Shown: positions 9,260-21,960 of the stretch, piece after piece
How positions within the stretch are numbered: the first letter of the stretch is position 1
Layout of the letters: each line of letters starts with the position of its first letter
DNA from: Eledone cirrhosa
Lineage: Eukaryota
Length of the DNA: 64,000 nt
Assembly (NCBI GenBank): GCA_964016885.1
Contig: OZ024741.1
Location: forward strand, 69,192,001-69,256,000
Reading direction: 5' to 3'
The notes under the pieces: model-generated
What the model saw: the letters and a program-made list of their open reading frames with translations, nothing else
What the model was told of the DNA's origin: nothing
The model's database searches: none
Translations under genes and position numbers: made by a program

Positions 9260-12200
9260 TTGGTGGTGGTTGGTTATGGTCGTAGTAACGGTGGGTGTGA
9301 TGTTGGTGGTGGGTTATGGTCGTAGTAGTGATGGTGTTAGTGGTGGTGGTGGGTTATGGTCTTAGTGGTGGTGGGTTATGGTCGTAGTAGAGATAGTAGT
9401 TGTGGTAGAATTGGTAGTGGTTGTTGTAGTAGTAGCAATGTTGTTGGTGGTGATGGTAATAGTGGTAGTAGCACTGGTGGTGGTGAAGTGAAGGTAGTAG
9501 TATTAGTTGTGGTGGTGAAGGTAGTAGTATTAGTTGTGGTGGTGATGGTAATAGTAGTAGTAGCACTGGTGGTGGTGAAGGTAGTAGTATTAGTTGTGGT
9601 GGTGAAGGTAGTAGTATTAGTTGTGGTGGTGATGGTAATAGTAGTAGTAGCACTGGTGGTGGTGGTGAAGGTAGTAGTATTAGTTGTGGTGGTGAAGGTA
9701 GTAGTATTAGTTGTGGTGGTGAAGGTAGTAGTAGTAGTTGTGGTGGTGATGGTAATAGTAGTAGTAGTAGCACTGGTGGTGGTGAAGGTAGTAGTATTAG
9801 TTGTGGTGGTGAAGGTAGTAGTAGTAGTAGCACTGGTGGTGGTGGTGAAGGTAGTAGTATTAGTTGTGGTGGTGAAGGTAGTAGTATTAGTTGTGGTGGT
9901 GAAGGTAGTAGTAGTAGTTGTGGTGGTGATGGTAATAGTAGTAGTAGTAGCACTGGTGGTGGTGAAGGTAGTAGTATTAGTTGTGGTGGTGAAGGTAGTA
10001 GTAGTAGTAGCACTGGTGGTGGTGGTGAAGGTAGTAGTATTAGTTGTGGTGGTGAAGGTAGTAGTATTAGTTGTGGTGGTGAAGGTAGTAGTAGTAGTTG
10101 TGGTGGTGATGGTAATAGTAGTAGTAGCACTGGTGGTGGTGAAGGTAGTAGTAGTAGTTGTGGTGGTGATGGTAATAGTAGTAGTAGCACTGGTGGTGGT
10201 GAAGGTAGTAGTATTAGTTGTGGTGGTGAAGGTAGTAGTAGTAGTTGTGGTGGTGATGGTAATAGTAGTAGTAGTTGTGGTGGTGAAGGTAGTAGTAGTA
10301 GTAGCACTGGTGGTGGTGAAGGTAGTAGTAGTAGTTGTGGTGGTGATGGTAATAGTAGTAGTAGTAGCACTGGTGGTGGTGAAGGTAGTAGTATTAGTTG
10401 TGGTGGTGAAGGTAGTAGTAGTAGTTGTGGTGGTGATGGTAATAGTAGTAGTAGCACTGGTGGTGGTGAAGGTAGTAGTAGTAGTTGTGGTGGTGATGGT
10501 AATAGTAGTAGTAGCACTGGTGGTGGTGAAGGTAGTAGTATTAGTTGTGGTGGTGAAGGTAGTAGTAGTAGTTGTGGTGGTGATGGTAATAGTAGTAGTA
10601 GTTGTGGTGGTGAAGGTAGTAGTAGTAGTAGCACTGGTGGTGGTGAAGGTAGTAGTAGTAGTTGTGGTGGTGATGGTAATAGTAGTAGTAGTAGCACTGG
10701 TGGTGGTGAAGGTAGTAGTATTAGTTGTGGTGGTGAAGGTAGTAGTAGTAGTTGTGGTGGTGATGGTAATAGTAGTAGTAGCACTGGTGGTGGTGAAGGT
10801 AGTAGTAGTAGTTGTGGTGGTGATGGTAATAGTAGTAGTAGCACTGGTGGTGGTGAAGGTAGTAGTAGTAGTTGTGGTGGTGAAGGTAGTAGTATTAGTT
10901 GTGGTGGTGAAGGTAGTAGTATTAGTTGTGGTGGTGAAGGTAGTAGTAGTAGTTGTGGTGGTGATGGTAATAGTAGTAGTAGCACTGGTGGTGGTGGTGA
11001 AGGTAGTAGTAGTAGTTGTGGTGGTGATGGTAATAGTAGTAGTAGCACTGGTAGTGGTGAAGGTAGTAGTATTAGTTGTGGTGGTGAAGGTAGTAGTATT
11101 AGTTGTGGTGGTGAAGGTAATAGTAGTAGTAGCACTGGTGGTGGTGAAGGTAGTAGTAGTAGTTGTGGTGGTGAAGGTAGTAGTAGTAGTTGTGGTGGTG
11201 ATGGTAATAGTAGTAGTAGCACTGGTGGTGGTGAAGGTAGTAGTAGTAGTTGTGGTGGTGATGGTAATAGTAGTAGTAGCACTGGTGGTGGTGAAGGTAG
11301 TAGTAGTAGCACTGGTGGTGGTGAAGGTAGTAGTAGTAGCACTGGTGGTGGTGATGGTAATAGTAGTAGTAGTTGTGGTGGTGAAGGTAGTAGTAGTAGT
11401 AGCACTGGTGGTGGTGAAGGTAGTAGTAGTAGTTGTGGTGGTGAAGGTAATAGTAGTAGTTGTGGTGGTGAAGGTAGTAGTAGTAGTTGTGGTGGTGAAG
11501 GTAGTAGTAGTAGTTGTGGTGGTGATGGTAATAGTAGTAGTAGCACTGGTGGTGGTGGTGAAGGTAGTAGTAGTAGTTGTGGTGGTGAAGGTAATAGTAG
11601 TAGTAGCACTGGTGGTGGTGAAGGTAGTAGTAGTAGTTGTGGTGGTGAAGGTAATAGTAGTAGTAGCACTGGTGGTGGTGAAGGTAGTAGTAGTAGTTGT
11701 GGTGGTGAAGGTAGTAGTATTAGTTGTGGTGGTGATGGTAATAGTAGTAGTAGCACTGGTGGTGGTGAAGGTAGTAGTAGTAGTTGTGGTGGTGAAGGTA
11801 ATAGTAGTAGTAGCACTGGTGGTGGTGAAGGTAGTAGTAGTAGTTGTGGTGGTGAAGGTAGTAGTAGCACTGGTGGTGGTGAAGGTAGTATTAGTTGTGG
11901 TGGTGAAGGTAATAGTAGTAGTAGCACTGGTGGTGGTGAAGGTAGTAGTAGTAGCACTGGTGGTGGTGAAGGTAGTAGTAGTAGCACTGGTGGTGGTGAA
12001 GGTAATAGTAGTAGTTGTGGTGGTGAAGGTAGTAGTAGTAGTAGCACTGGTGGTGGTGAAGGTAATAGTAGTAGTTGTGGTGGTGATGGTAATAGTAGTA
12101 GTAGCACTGGTGGTGGTGAAGGTAGTAGTAGTAGTTGTGGTGGTGATGGTAATAGTAGTAGTAGCACTGGTGGTGGTGAAGGTAGTAGTAGTAGCACTGG

Positions 12201-12366
12201 TGGTGGTGATGGTAATAGTAGTAGTAGTTGTGGTGGTGAAGGTAGTAGTAGCACTGGTGGTGGTGAAGGTAGTAGTAGTAGTTGTGGTGGTGAAGGTAGT
12301 AGTAGTAGTAGTAGTTGTGGTGGTGATGGTAGTAGTATTAGTTGTGGTGGTGATGGTAGTAGTGGC
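9260..12366. repeat. Complex GGT/AGT triplet-derived minisatellite (about 3.1 kb)
   Basis: Shuffled modules GTGGTGGTGAAGGTAGTAGT(A/ATT)AGTT, GATGGTAAT and AGCACTG; indels are multiples of 3, hence the long pseudo-ORFs. Confidence 0.97.
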
Positions 12367-12477
12367 TTGAGTCTCATTGATAATGGATGTAGTGGAATAC
12401 GGAATTTATAGAAAATATTTAGCATTTTCCTTCTACTTTTCCACCAATCAACCGCAAAGTTCTCCTCATCCCTCCCT

Positions 12478-13060
12478 CTGTCTCACTCTATCTCTCACAC
12501 TCTCACTCTATCTCTCACACTCTCACTCTATCTCTCACACTCTCACTCTATCTCTCACACTCTCACTCTATCTCTCACACTCTCACTCTATCTCTCACAC
12601 TCTCACTCTATCTCTCACACTCTCACTCTATCTCTCACACTCTCACACTCTCACACTCTCACTCTCACACTCTCACACTCTCACTCTCACACTCTCACAC
12701 TCTCTCACTCTATCTCTCACACTCTCACTCTCACACTCTCACTCTATCTCTCTCACTCTATCTCTCTCACTCTATCTCTCTCACTCTATCTCTCTCACTT
12801 TATCTCTCTCACTCTATCTCTCACACTCTCACTCTCTCTCTCTCACTCACACTCTCACTCTATCTCTCACACTCTCACTCTATCTCTCACACTCTCACTC
12901 TATCTCTCACACTCTCACTCTATCTCTCACACTCTCACTCTATCTCTCACACTCTCACTCTATCTCTCACACTCACACTCTATCTCTCACACTCACACTC
13001 TCACTCTATCTCTCACACTCTCACTCTATCTCTCACACTCTCACTCTATCTCTCACACTC

Positions 13061-13122
<62 letters not shown>
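12478..13122. repeat. 20-bp TCTCACTCTATCTCTCACAC minisatellite grading into (CT)n
   Basis: Visible directly. Confidence 0.97.
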
Positions 13123-13125
<3 letters not shown>

Positions 13126-13611
13126 CATACACACAACAGCTTCATAGAGGGAGTGGTGGTGATGGTTTCCTTTGCACCTGTTGACCTCTGTCACTTCTAA
13201 CTCCAAAATGTGAATTGTATAGTCTTTGCTTAGCTACCTTACCTTGAAATGAGGGGTACTTGCACTTGGGTGTGGATGTGTGACTAAGATAAAGTTGCTG
13301 TTGTTGGATCTCTGTCAAGGTCCTTTGTCAAGCTTTTGTGCTGGGGGACTTCAGAACATTCTGGAATAAGCGTATCACCATAAAGTTTTCTAAATCTGAT
13401 GGATGACCATTGAAAAGTTGGAGGGCACCCCAATACTGCATTGTACCAGTCCTAGCTAGTCTTTGTTGCTTGCAATAATAAGTGTCCCAGTTGATTGAAC
13501 AACAAAGTACCTTGATGAAGGATACAGCATACTGCTGGGAATTGAACCATGCAATAAGCTGAACACCCTAACTACTAAGCGATGTTCCTTCACATATATG
13601 TACGTCTACCT

Positions 13612-13900
13612 CATCATCATCGTTTTACATTAACACGGCCTCCCTCTACCTGCTGAGTTCTTTTGTCATCTCTGTGAGGTTCTGTGATTTCATATCAGCT
13701 CTCATCACTTCCTCAGCCTTCCTCTACTGCAGTTACCTGCCACTGGCACTTCTTCACCCAGTGTCCATCATTCATATACATCATATGCCATACCAACAGT
13801 CTTCTCTCTTGCACACTACATCTGATTTCTCTTATACTAAACTTTTCTCTTAATTCATCCACAACCTGTTTTTCATGTACACTAACATTGTATGTACGGT
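13612..13900 (-). mobile_element. Degenerate RTE 3' fragment
   Basis: (CAT)n tail; minus-strand frame resembles VQERRLxWYGH of the RTE C-terminus. Confidence 0.65.
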
Positions 13901-13984
13901 CCTGTAACTCCTGATAGTCACAGGGGTGCTACAGACACAATGTATGTATGGTACTGTAACTCCTGATAGTCACAGGGGTGCTGT

Positions 13985-14272
13985 ATTGACATAGTGTTTC
14001 TTGGGTATTTTAAGCCTGGTGCAGCCCATCCCTCTCCAGGCCTGAGTTCAGCAGATTTCTTCCAGAGAAAGATAAAGTGAGAGAGAGGGAACGAGAAAGA
14101 AATATGGGGACAATCGATCCCAGTACTAGACTGCTACTTTCTTTTTTTTATTGACCTCAAAAGGATGAAAGGCAAAGTTGACCTTGGCAGGATTTGAACT
14201 CAGAGAGCTGGAACGAATGCCATAAAGCATTCTTATCTGACATTCTAACGACTCTGCAAATTCGCTGCCTTA
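13985..14272 (-). mobile_element. S1-headed SINE with alternative long 3' tail
   Basis: S1 head and centre are joined to a different tail (CCTGGTG.AGCCCATC.CTCTCCAG..CTGA.T.CAGCAGATTTCTTCC.GAGAAAGATA on +); second copy at about 28455-28736. Confidence 0.7.
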
Positions 14273-14656
14273 CACTAACATTACACTCCCAATAATATAT
14301 GTTCATATACAGACATACACACATACACATCTATGCATACATATCTACACGTACATACAAGGTGTTATGATGGAAATAATTAGGTCATAAAAATGGATAC
14401 AGTCTTGGTATGCTTTAGTTGCTACCTAAGAATTGCCCACTATTACACACTCACTCAAAACCATACACACAACTGTGCAAAATTCAGACATCTGTATATA
14501 CACATATACAGATGTACACATGTATTTGAATGTATACACATTCACATGTACATGTGCACGCACGCACGCACACACAGCTTGAGCTAATACCTTTTTTTTT
14601 TTTTGACCCAGCTGGATTGGATTAATATTAAGATCCCAATCTTGAGAAAGTTGTTG

Positions 14657-14698
<42 letters not shown>

Positions 14699-15247
14699 GC
14701 AGTAGTAGTAGTAGTAGTAGTGATAATATTGTTGTTGTTAATCTGTTAATTCTGGGCAACCTACATTTAAAGCTTAGAAGGATTAAAATGTTGCATTTTG
14801 TTTTTCCATCATGGTCATCATCATCATTATCAACACTATCACTACTACCGTCACTTCTACTACTACTACTTGACAGAATCAAACCACTACTACTAGCACT
14901 ACAGCTGCCAAAACCACCCATCATCACTACCAGCACCACTACAGCTGCCAGACCCACCCTCTCACCATCATCAATACCATCATCTTTCTTGTCAGTTGGA
15001 AGATGTTTCTGATAGCAATAATCTTTGTCAACTAGCAGTAACTATTGCTGTTGTCTTCATCTCCACCGATGCCATCAATCATTGTTACATTGATTAACTA
15101 GCAGTACTACAACCATCATCACCACCATTGTCATCTTCACCATTGGCAGCATGACTCATTGTGATCTTTTGGGTATAGCATTGTAATGTAGTTAGTACTG
15201 CAAGAAATGCCATATATAAACTAATTTTGATGAAGTATAGATAATGT

Positions 15248-15440
15248 AGTGGTTGCTTAGCCCCAAGTCAGCCCTTATTGAGCTAATCTATAATCAAAGG
15301 CATTCCAGTTATGACCATTATATCGTTTTGTATGTCTATGTCTACATTGTCCAGTGTGTCATTCCTTTCTTAAAATGGTTGAATGCAATTTGAGGGAGAT
15401 TTGGGTGCTATTTCTAACAGATTGAGTGACTGTATAGTGG
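15248..15440 (-). mobile_element. Dispersed repeat family S3 (GCTAGAAATAGCAGC...GGGGCTAAACAAC)
   Basis: Diverged copies also at about 18890-19075, 20680-20852, 32750-32870, 36455-36760 and 37600-37690. Confidence 0.65.
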
Positions 15441-15491
15441 TTTCCTAATTTACTTGTATAGGGCAGTGTAGAATTGTAGTGCTGCACAGTA

Positions 15492-15652
15492 TAAGGGCCA
15501 GGTGAAAAGTTCATAGGCTGACCAAGATACTCTCATGGAATGACCATTATGAGATTTATTTTTCAACATAGTCTCTGGAAAGAAACAATGCAGTTATTAA
15601 TAAGAGTTAAAGTTAATGCAATCAACCTATGAACCTTTTAGCCGACCCTTTT
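15492..15652. mobile_element. Mariner-derived MITE
   Basis: TIR-like ends AAGGG...TGAAAAGTTCATAGGCTGA / TCAACCTATGAACCTTTAGCCGACCCTT with flanking TA; second copy at 36509-36708. Confidence 0.75.
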
Positions 15653-15687
15653 ATAATGTTGGGTTTGATATAAAGATCAGATATTTT

Positions 15688-16082
15688 AGCTCTTTTAATA
15701 CCAACCTAATCAAAACTGTCTCTGGTTTTATGGAACAAAACCTTCCTTTTTGAAGGTTGCTATTAAAATCTTTCAACATAATTTTATATAAAAACCTTTT
15801 TTCTATAAACATGGTTGGTGTTAGGAAGGACACCCAGCTGTAAAAATTCCAGCCAAAATACAGTTCCGTTTGAGCAAGGTAAGGCGTGACCAATCTGACT
15901 AGACTTGCCTCATAATGTGGACGACCCGATTAACCCATGTAAGCATAGAAAATGGACATTAAATGATGATGATGATGAAATACCATCTTAATAATTAAAA
16001 TAATTTTATTAAATCCTTCTAAATTCTTTGTTGATTAATTCAAATACAGAGCGTTTTAGAAATATGCTAATAAAAGGGTTAA
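15688..16082. mobile_element. piggyBac-like MITE family B, interrupted by an RTE 3'-UTR stub (about 15811-15978)
   Basis: Ends CTCTTTTAATACCAACC ... AGAAATATGCTAATAAAAGGG|TTAA; other copies at 20090-20643, about 28150-28390 and 41055-41112. Confidence 0.65.
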
Positions 16083-16686
16083 AAGGAATTAGTTACAATA
16101 TACTTAAAAACTACAACCTATTCATGGAATATGACCTACAAAAGATTGTTATTTGGTACATTTGCCTCACAAAAGATGCAGATTAGGATGAAAAGGGAAC
16201 TGGTAGAATGGTAGTTATATAGTTCAACATCATCATGTTTGAGAGTGAAGAGCTTATCTAAAATTGTTTGACATTTATAGCCCACCATCTCTTTGATAGT
16301 TTATAATAAACATCTCTTATAATTTCTGTTACATTCTTTTAATTAAGATTATCAGCAAAAACTTAGACTTATAAATGCCAACCTTTTCGCAATAGTCTTT
16401 ATTGGAAACTTAAGTGGAACATCACTGGCCATTTTAGTTAGATATTTCAAACCAAGTTTTCCCATTGCTTACCTTTTTCTACAAATTATACAAACTTTTA
16501 GCTTTCACTTGATTGACGATCATCTTTATTAACACATTACCTCCAGCGTGATTGCTAAGAACAAAGTTTAATTTAAAAAATTAACATTTACCAGTTTCCA
16601 TATCATGCGATATGCTTGTATTTTTATGAAGCCTTCCAGGCATTTGAAAGTGTGTGTTGTGTGTGTGTTGTGTGTGTGTGTATAAA

Positions 16687-16822
16687 TATAAAACGAAGGA
16701 AGTGTGGTAAGGAACCAGGTGGACCATAATGCACCAGAGTACTTGATACTATGGGTAGTGGAGTGGGTAATAGGGCCCCGACGGCTGTCTATCGAAACGG
16801 CTGGAGTCCTGACTCTTTCACT
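16687..16822. mobile_element. Family F fold-back element, copy 2 (internally deleted)
   Basis: AAAACGAAGGAAGTGTGGTAAGGAACCAGGTGGACCATAATGCACCAGAGTAC...CCCCGACGGC...GAAACGGC. Confidence 0.7.
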
Positions 16823-17124
16823 ATGCACACCCACACACATACACAGAGACAGACAGAGAGAGTTGATGGAATCTATGGAGTAGGAATACCTGGGATGAGG
16901 TGATAAAAGTTGACCTTGCTCAATTGCACCTCTCAAAGGTGATGACAGAGGATTGAGCTCATTGCTGTTATGCAGTAATACAGAAGACTTGCCATCCCAT
17001 GCTTCCATTACTTTAGTTCAGGTTTTCCTTGGCCTTCCTCTGCTGCAGCTTCCTTCCATTTAGATCACTTGGTATTTCTTCACTCCAGTGGTGAACCAGC
17101 AACGTCTATGTATATATATATATA

Positions 17125-18814
17125 TAACAGAAAGAGTTATAGCACAGTTGATTAGGGACCGGGTGAAACTAGATGAGATGCAATTTGGGTTTGTACCAGG
17201 AAGAGGCACCACTGATGCCCTCTTCCTTGTGAGGCAGTTACAGGAAAAGTACCTAGCTAAAAGTAAGCCACTCTACCTGGCATTCATCGATCTTGAGAAA
17301 GCCTTTGACAGAGTTACACGTGCTGTAATCTGGTGGGCTCTTAGAAAACTAGGAGTAGATGAATGGCTTGTGAAAGCTGTACAAGCCATGTATAGGGGAG
17401 CAGTCAGCAAAGTTAGGATTAGCAATGAGTATAGCGAGGAATTTAGCGTACAGGTTGGGGTCCACCAGGGCTCTGTTCTTAGCCCTCTCCGGTTCATCAT
17501 AGTCCTGCAGGCAATAACGGAGGAGTTTAAGACCGGATGCCCATGGGAACTCCTGTATGCTGATGACCTCGCACTCATAGCTGAATCTATGGTAGAACTA
17601 GAGAATAAATTCCAAACTTGGAAGCAGGGACTAGAGAGAAAGGGTCTCAAAGTCAACATGACAAAGACTAAGGTCCTTATAAGTAGACGAGAAAACAGAA
17701 CTCAGATCCCCTCAGGGAAATGGCCTTGCTCAGTATGTAGGAAAGGTGTAGGTAGGAACTCCATGCTCTGTCCCAAATGCAAACAATGGGTACACAAGAG
17801 ATGTAGCGGGATCTCAGGAAGCTTAATTAAGAATGTAGGGTTCACATGCAGCAGCTGTGCTGAGACAGCAAGAGGCAAACAGCCACAGGAAACAAGTACC
17901 ACCAATCTCTGGGAGGGCCCTGTAGAAACAGTAGACAGCTTCTGCTACCTAGGTGACCGAATTAGCAACGGAGGTGGGTGTTCAGAAAGTACAATAACTA
18001 GGGTAAGAACGGGATGGAAGAAGTTTAGGGAACTACTACCACTGCTAGCTGCAAAAGGCTTCTCCCTCAAAATGAAAGGCAGACTGTATGATGTGTGTAT
18101 CCGAACAGCAATGTTACATGGTAGTGAGACCTGGGCGCTGAAGGTGGAAGACTTACGTAAATTAGAGAGAAACGAAGCCTGCATGCTCCAATGGATGTGT
18201 AACAGTAATATACGTGAACGACAAAGCATAAAGGAATTGAGAGAGACTGAGCATAAGAGGAATCAAATGCTGTGTGCAGGAGAGGCGGTTGCGTTGGTAT
18301 GGACATGTGATGCGTATGAAGGATGACAGCTGCATAAAAAGGTGCAGAGCACTAGAAGTCGATGGAAACCGCGGAGTGGGGAGACCCAAGATGACCTAGG
18401 ATGAGGTGATAAAAGCCGACCTTACCCAATTACACCTCTCAAAGGCGATGACACACGACCATGACTTCTGGCGTCACGCAGTAATACAGAGTACCTGACC
18501 TCCCATGGGTACAATCTGAAGCATATAGACAATATGCCCCCACACCCCCCACTGAAAGGTGGTCGTGGAGGTGCCACTGCAAAAAAGCACCCAGCCTACA
18601 CTGTAAAGTGGACGTGTAGGCCCCACGAAAAAGCACCCAACACTCACTGTAAATGAGGTTGGTGTTAGGAAGGGCATCCAGCTGTAGAAATCAAGCCAAA
18701 TCAGTTCCTGTATGAGCAAGGCATGGTCAGCCGACCAGACACTGCCCACAACAGGACAACCCGTCTAACCCATGTTAGCGTGGAAGAACGGACGTAAAAC
18801 GGTGATGATGATGA
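17125..18814 (+). mobile_element. RTE-clade LINE, 5'-truncated (RT C-half plus 3' UTR), frameshifted
   Basis: QFGF..GRGTTDA, FIDLEKAFD, GVHQGSVLSP and LLYADD RT motifs; Cys-rich insert; RLRWYGHV in a shifted frame; (GAT)n tail; 5' junction lies in (TA)n. Confidence 0.97.
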
Positions 18815-18849
18815 GTCTTTCATTAGAAATATGGTAATGAAAGGGTTAA
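18815..18849 (+). mobile_element. Right end of a family B MITE abutting the RTE tail
   Basis: GTCTTTCATTAGAAATATGGTAATGAAAGGG|TTAA matches the family B right terminus. Confidence 0.75.
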
Positions 18850-20300
18850 TGGGCACCATAGATTTGTACGAGATTACTATGTAAATAAGCAGGTCCATGA
18901 GACTGTGAGAAATAGCAACCAATCTCCCTCAATCTTAAAGAAAAGAAAGAAATATAGGATAATATATATATATATATATATCTAGGCACACTATGCCAGG
19001 TCATAGTTGGAACACTTTTGATCATAGGTGAACTTAATGAAAGCTCGCCAAGGGTTATACAACATTGACAACAAACAGATCATGTTAAAAAACACCACTC
19101 GTATGAATTTAGCATATCTGATGTTCATCTTCACTGAACAATTTTTAAATTAACAAACTAAAAAGCACTTCAGCCATTCCATTTCTGAATTGTGAAGGAA
19201 GTTGGCTTGGTGTGAGAAGGGGTAGGGAGCCAGGAAGATAGCAAGAGAAAAGGGGGAGAGGAGAAAGACAGAGAGGGAAAGAGAGAGAGAAAATAGAGAG
19301 AGAGAATAGAGAGAGAGAGAGAGAAAGACATGCCATGTTTCTATGCGTACATACATCATCATCGTTTAATGTCTGATGATGTATGTACGCATAGAAACAT
19401 GTGCACTCATGTATGCGTGTGTGTGTCCATGTGTGCTTACCCATGAAAATGTCTGTGCACATGCATAGATACATGCGCTAAAATGCATGTAAAGTTGTGC
19501 ATACATGAGTGTCTTTATGCATGTTGCATACACACATGGTAAAAATGCCTCTGTGTATATGCACATTTGTCAATACATATGTTTGTGTATGTGTGTATGC
19601 ACATGTACAAGAACATGTGTCAGTTTGTATGTATTTGTGCATGAATGTCTATGTTCATTAATTCATGAATCTACATGACAGCATGTATGCACATATGCAT
19701 AAAGTAGAAATCCTACTTGAATTTGTGTTCTTTGAAATGAATGAAAAAAATTATTCATTAAAAAAATTTTTTTTAATTGTAAATGACAATGAAATTAAAT
19801 TTTGAAAAAAACTTTTTAATAGAAGTCAAAAGAAAAAAAAATTGTTTTTTAAAAAAGAAATTTAACAAACAAAAATAAAATTTACAGTAAACAGGATTTA
19901 CAACGAAAAATTATTGTTCCTCTAATTGGAACACTAATCAAAAATAATAAAAACAAAAAATAAACTATATAAAAAATAGTTTTTAATTGTTTTCCAAGTA
20001 ACAGATGATGATGATGGGGCAGTGAAGCTACAGTACAATGAGATGTATTCTTAACATGACAGTTTAGTGTGCTATTACAGAATCTAGCATTAACCCTTTT
20101 GATACCAAACTGTCTGAAAGTGGCCTAGTTTCTATGATACAAAACAGGATTTTATGTAAGAACCTTTGCTAAGTTATGTTCCAAACACCAACTTAATCTA
20201 CTGTCGGCAACAAATTGCAACAAAAGAGTAATCTCCCCTTAATACATAATGCAGGTGTCAAGGGAAACAATTCATAAAAACACTTCAGCGCCCTAAAGAT

Positions 20301-20520
20301 TAATAATGGTTTCTACTTTAGACACAAGGCCCAACATTTAGGGGAAAGAAAAGTCAATTAAATTAACCCCAGTGTGTAATTGGTACTTTCTTTTATCAAC
20401 CTTGTAAGGATAAAAGGCAAAGCTAACTTTGGTGTGATTTGAACTCAGAACGTAAAGAGCCGTAACTATGCCACAAAGCAGGGTGTCCAACGTTCTATCA
20501 ATACTGCCAACCCCACCACC
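20301..20520 (-). mobile_element. S1 SINE nested in a family B MITE (20090-20643)
   Basis: S1 sequence flanked by MITE B left (TTAACCCTTTTGATACC) and right (AGAAATATGGCAACAAAAGGATTAA) parts. Confidence 0.8.
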
Positions 20521-21154
20521 TTAAACCCTAACTTAATGAAAAAGTCCTATCATTAAATCTCACAAAATTCTTAAGTATTTTCAAAATCATTCAAAATTCA
20601 TAAACAGGGTCTTTTATTAGAAATATGGCAACAAAAGGATTAAAAGAGTCAACTAGGCAGCCTTTACATGGTAACACTAGTTGTTAGAAATAGCAGGAAA
20701 ATCTTCCTCAAATCTCACTCTAATGTCCTTAAAAAGGAAGGACATGTTGAACCCTGTAGCTTTAGATATAAAGATAGACAGGATGGTCATGACAGGAATA
20801 CTTTTGATCATAGGTCTGTCATACCAGGGTTAATCTGGGGCTAATCAACAACACTAAAGTTACATGATACGTTCAATCTGTTCAGTAAAAAATGATAATC
20901 AAAAAGACATGTAGTCAACCTTGACCATCTTTTATTCAAACATGGCATATCTAGGACTACATTATCTAATATGTCCTTCCTTTTTAAAGATAGTCAGGTA
21001 TAATTTACTGAAATCAGCTTTGTTCCGACTTGCAAAGGAGTGAACTCTGCCAGGTTTAAAATGCCAAGGATAGCGCCCTACAACTCCATCAAAAGTTATG
21101 ACCCCTTTACCTATTATTTTAAACAATAGATGTTTCTGTCAACCAAATTTCTTT

Positions 21155-21385
21155 CCCAAAGCATTAAGCAAGATTGTCAAATACTGGGGCCTGACCAACT
21201 GCTTCCTCTTTTCACTGGTCTCTGTCGAGACCTCTGGCATCCTTAGTCCTCACACTGCTGATTTCCTCTGTAAAGTTGGAAAACAATGGCCCACTTGAGG
21301 AGGGAAGCCTATGAGGTGGCTGTTGCAGTGGGTGTCTTTGGCTATTCTCCATGGTTAATGCTTTTGCTGTTTTGTCCATGCAGCA
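21155..21385 (+). mobile_element. Degenerate CRE-type RLE retrotransposon fragment
   Basis: ALSKIVKYWGLTNCFLFSLVSVETSGILSPHTADFLCKVG...WLLQWVSLAILHG matches the K..KY..L...F.P..VET.G...FL...WL.Q..SLAI.RGNA pattern. Confidence 0.7.
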
Positions 21386-21630
21386 TGGTTGAAGCTCAGA
21401 ATAAGGTGTAGTATCTGCCCCTCCCTCTCTCTATTTCTTTTACCACTTGATCCTTCTTTTATTTTTCTCCTTTTCATTTTCTTTTTTCTTTTTTCTTCTT
21501 CCTTTTCTGTTCCCTTTAGTATTATTTTATTCTTATCAGTTACTGCTCAATTATTTTTATATAATGACAATGGCCTTTCATGACATTGTGAGATCTTGTA
21601 TATTGAATAAACTCTGAAGTAAAGCATTAA

Positions 21631-21842
21631 CCCTTTAGCATTTAAACTGGCTGTATCCAGCCATAATTCTGTCACATTTTTCTGTTCAAACCGGCTGTAA
21701 CTGGCTTCTCATACTTATGTTAAAGTATTGTTCTCAAAATAAATAATATCAAAATCTTATAGCTTTGATATTGTGTGAGATAGTTATGTAAGATAAAGCC
21801 TTTACCACAAAAATAAAATAGTATATATAAATGCAAAAAGGT
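21631..21842. mobile_element. piggyBac-like MITE family A
   Basis: TTAA|CCCTTTAGCATT left end, decayed right end; homologous to 37804-38017. Confidence 0.75.
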
Positions 21843-21849
21843 AAAGTCA

Positions 21850-21960
21850 ATTTGAGGCCATAGTAGGAGGCACTTGCCCAATGTTCCATGCAGTAGTGTT
21901 GAACCCTAAACCATACAGTTGCAAAGTAAACTCCTTAACTATACAGCCATGTCTGTGCCT
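21850..21960 (-). mobile_element. tRNA-derived SINE 5' part (family S4)
   Basis: Minus strand reads AGGCACAGACATGGCTGTATAGTTAAGGAGTTTACTTTGCAACTGTATGG...TTGGGCAAGTGCC; same family as the host of the MITE at 37804. Confidence 0.65.

Noticed and set aside
9354-12425. 1023-aa LPSPP-rich (extensin-like) and 1004-aa poly-Val ORFs
   Set aside because: Triplet-derived satellite open in several frames on both strands; no synonymous variation, splice context or non-repeat domain.
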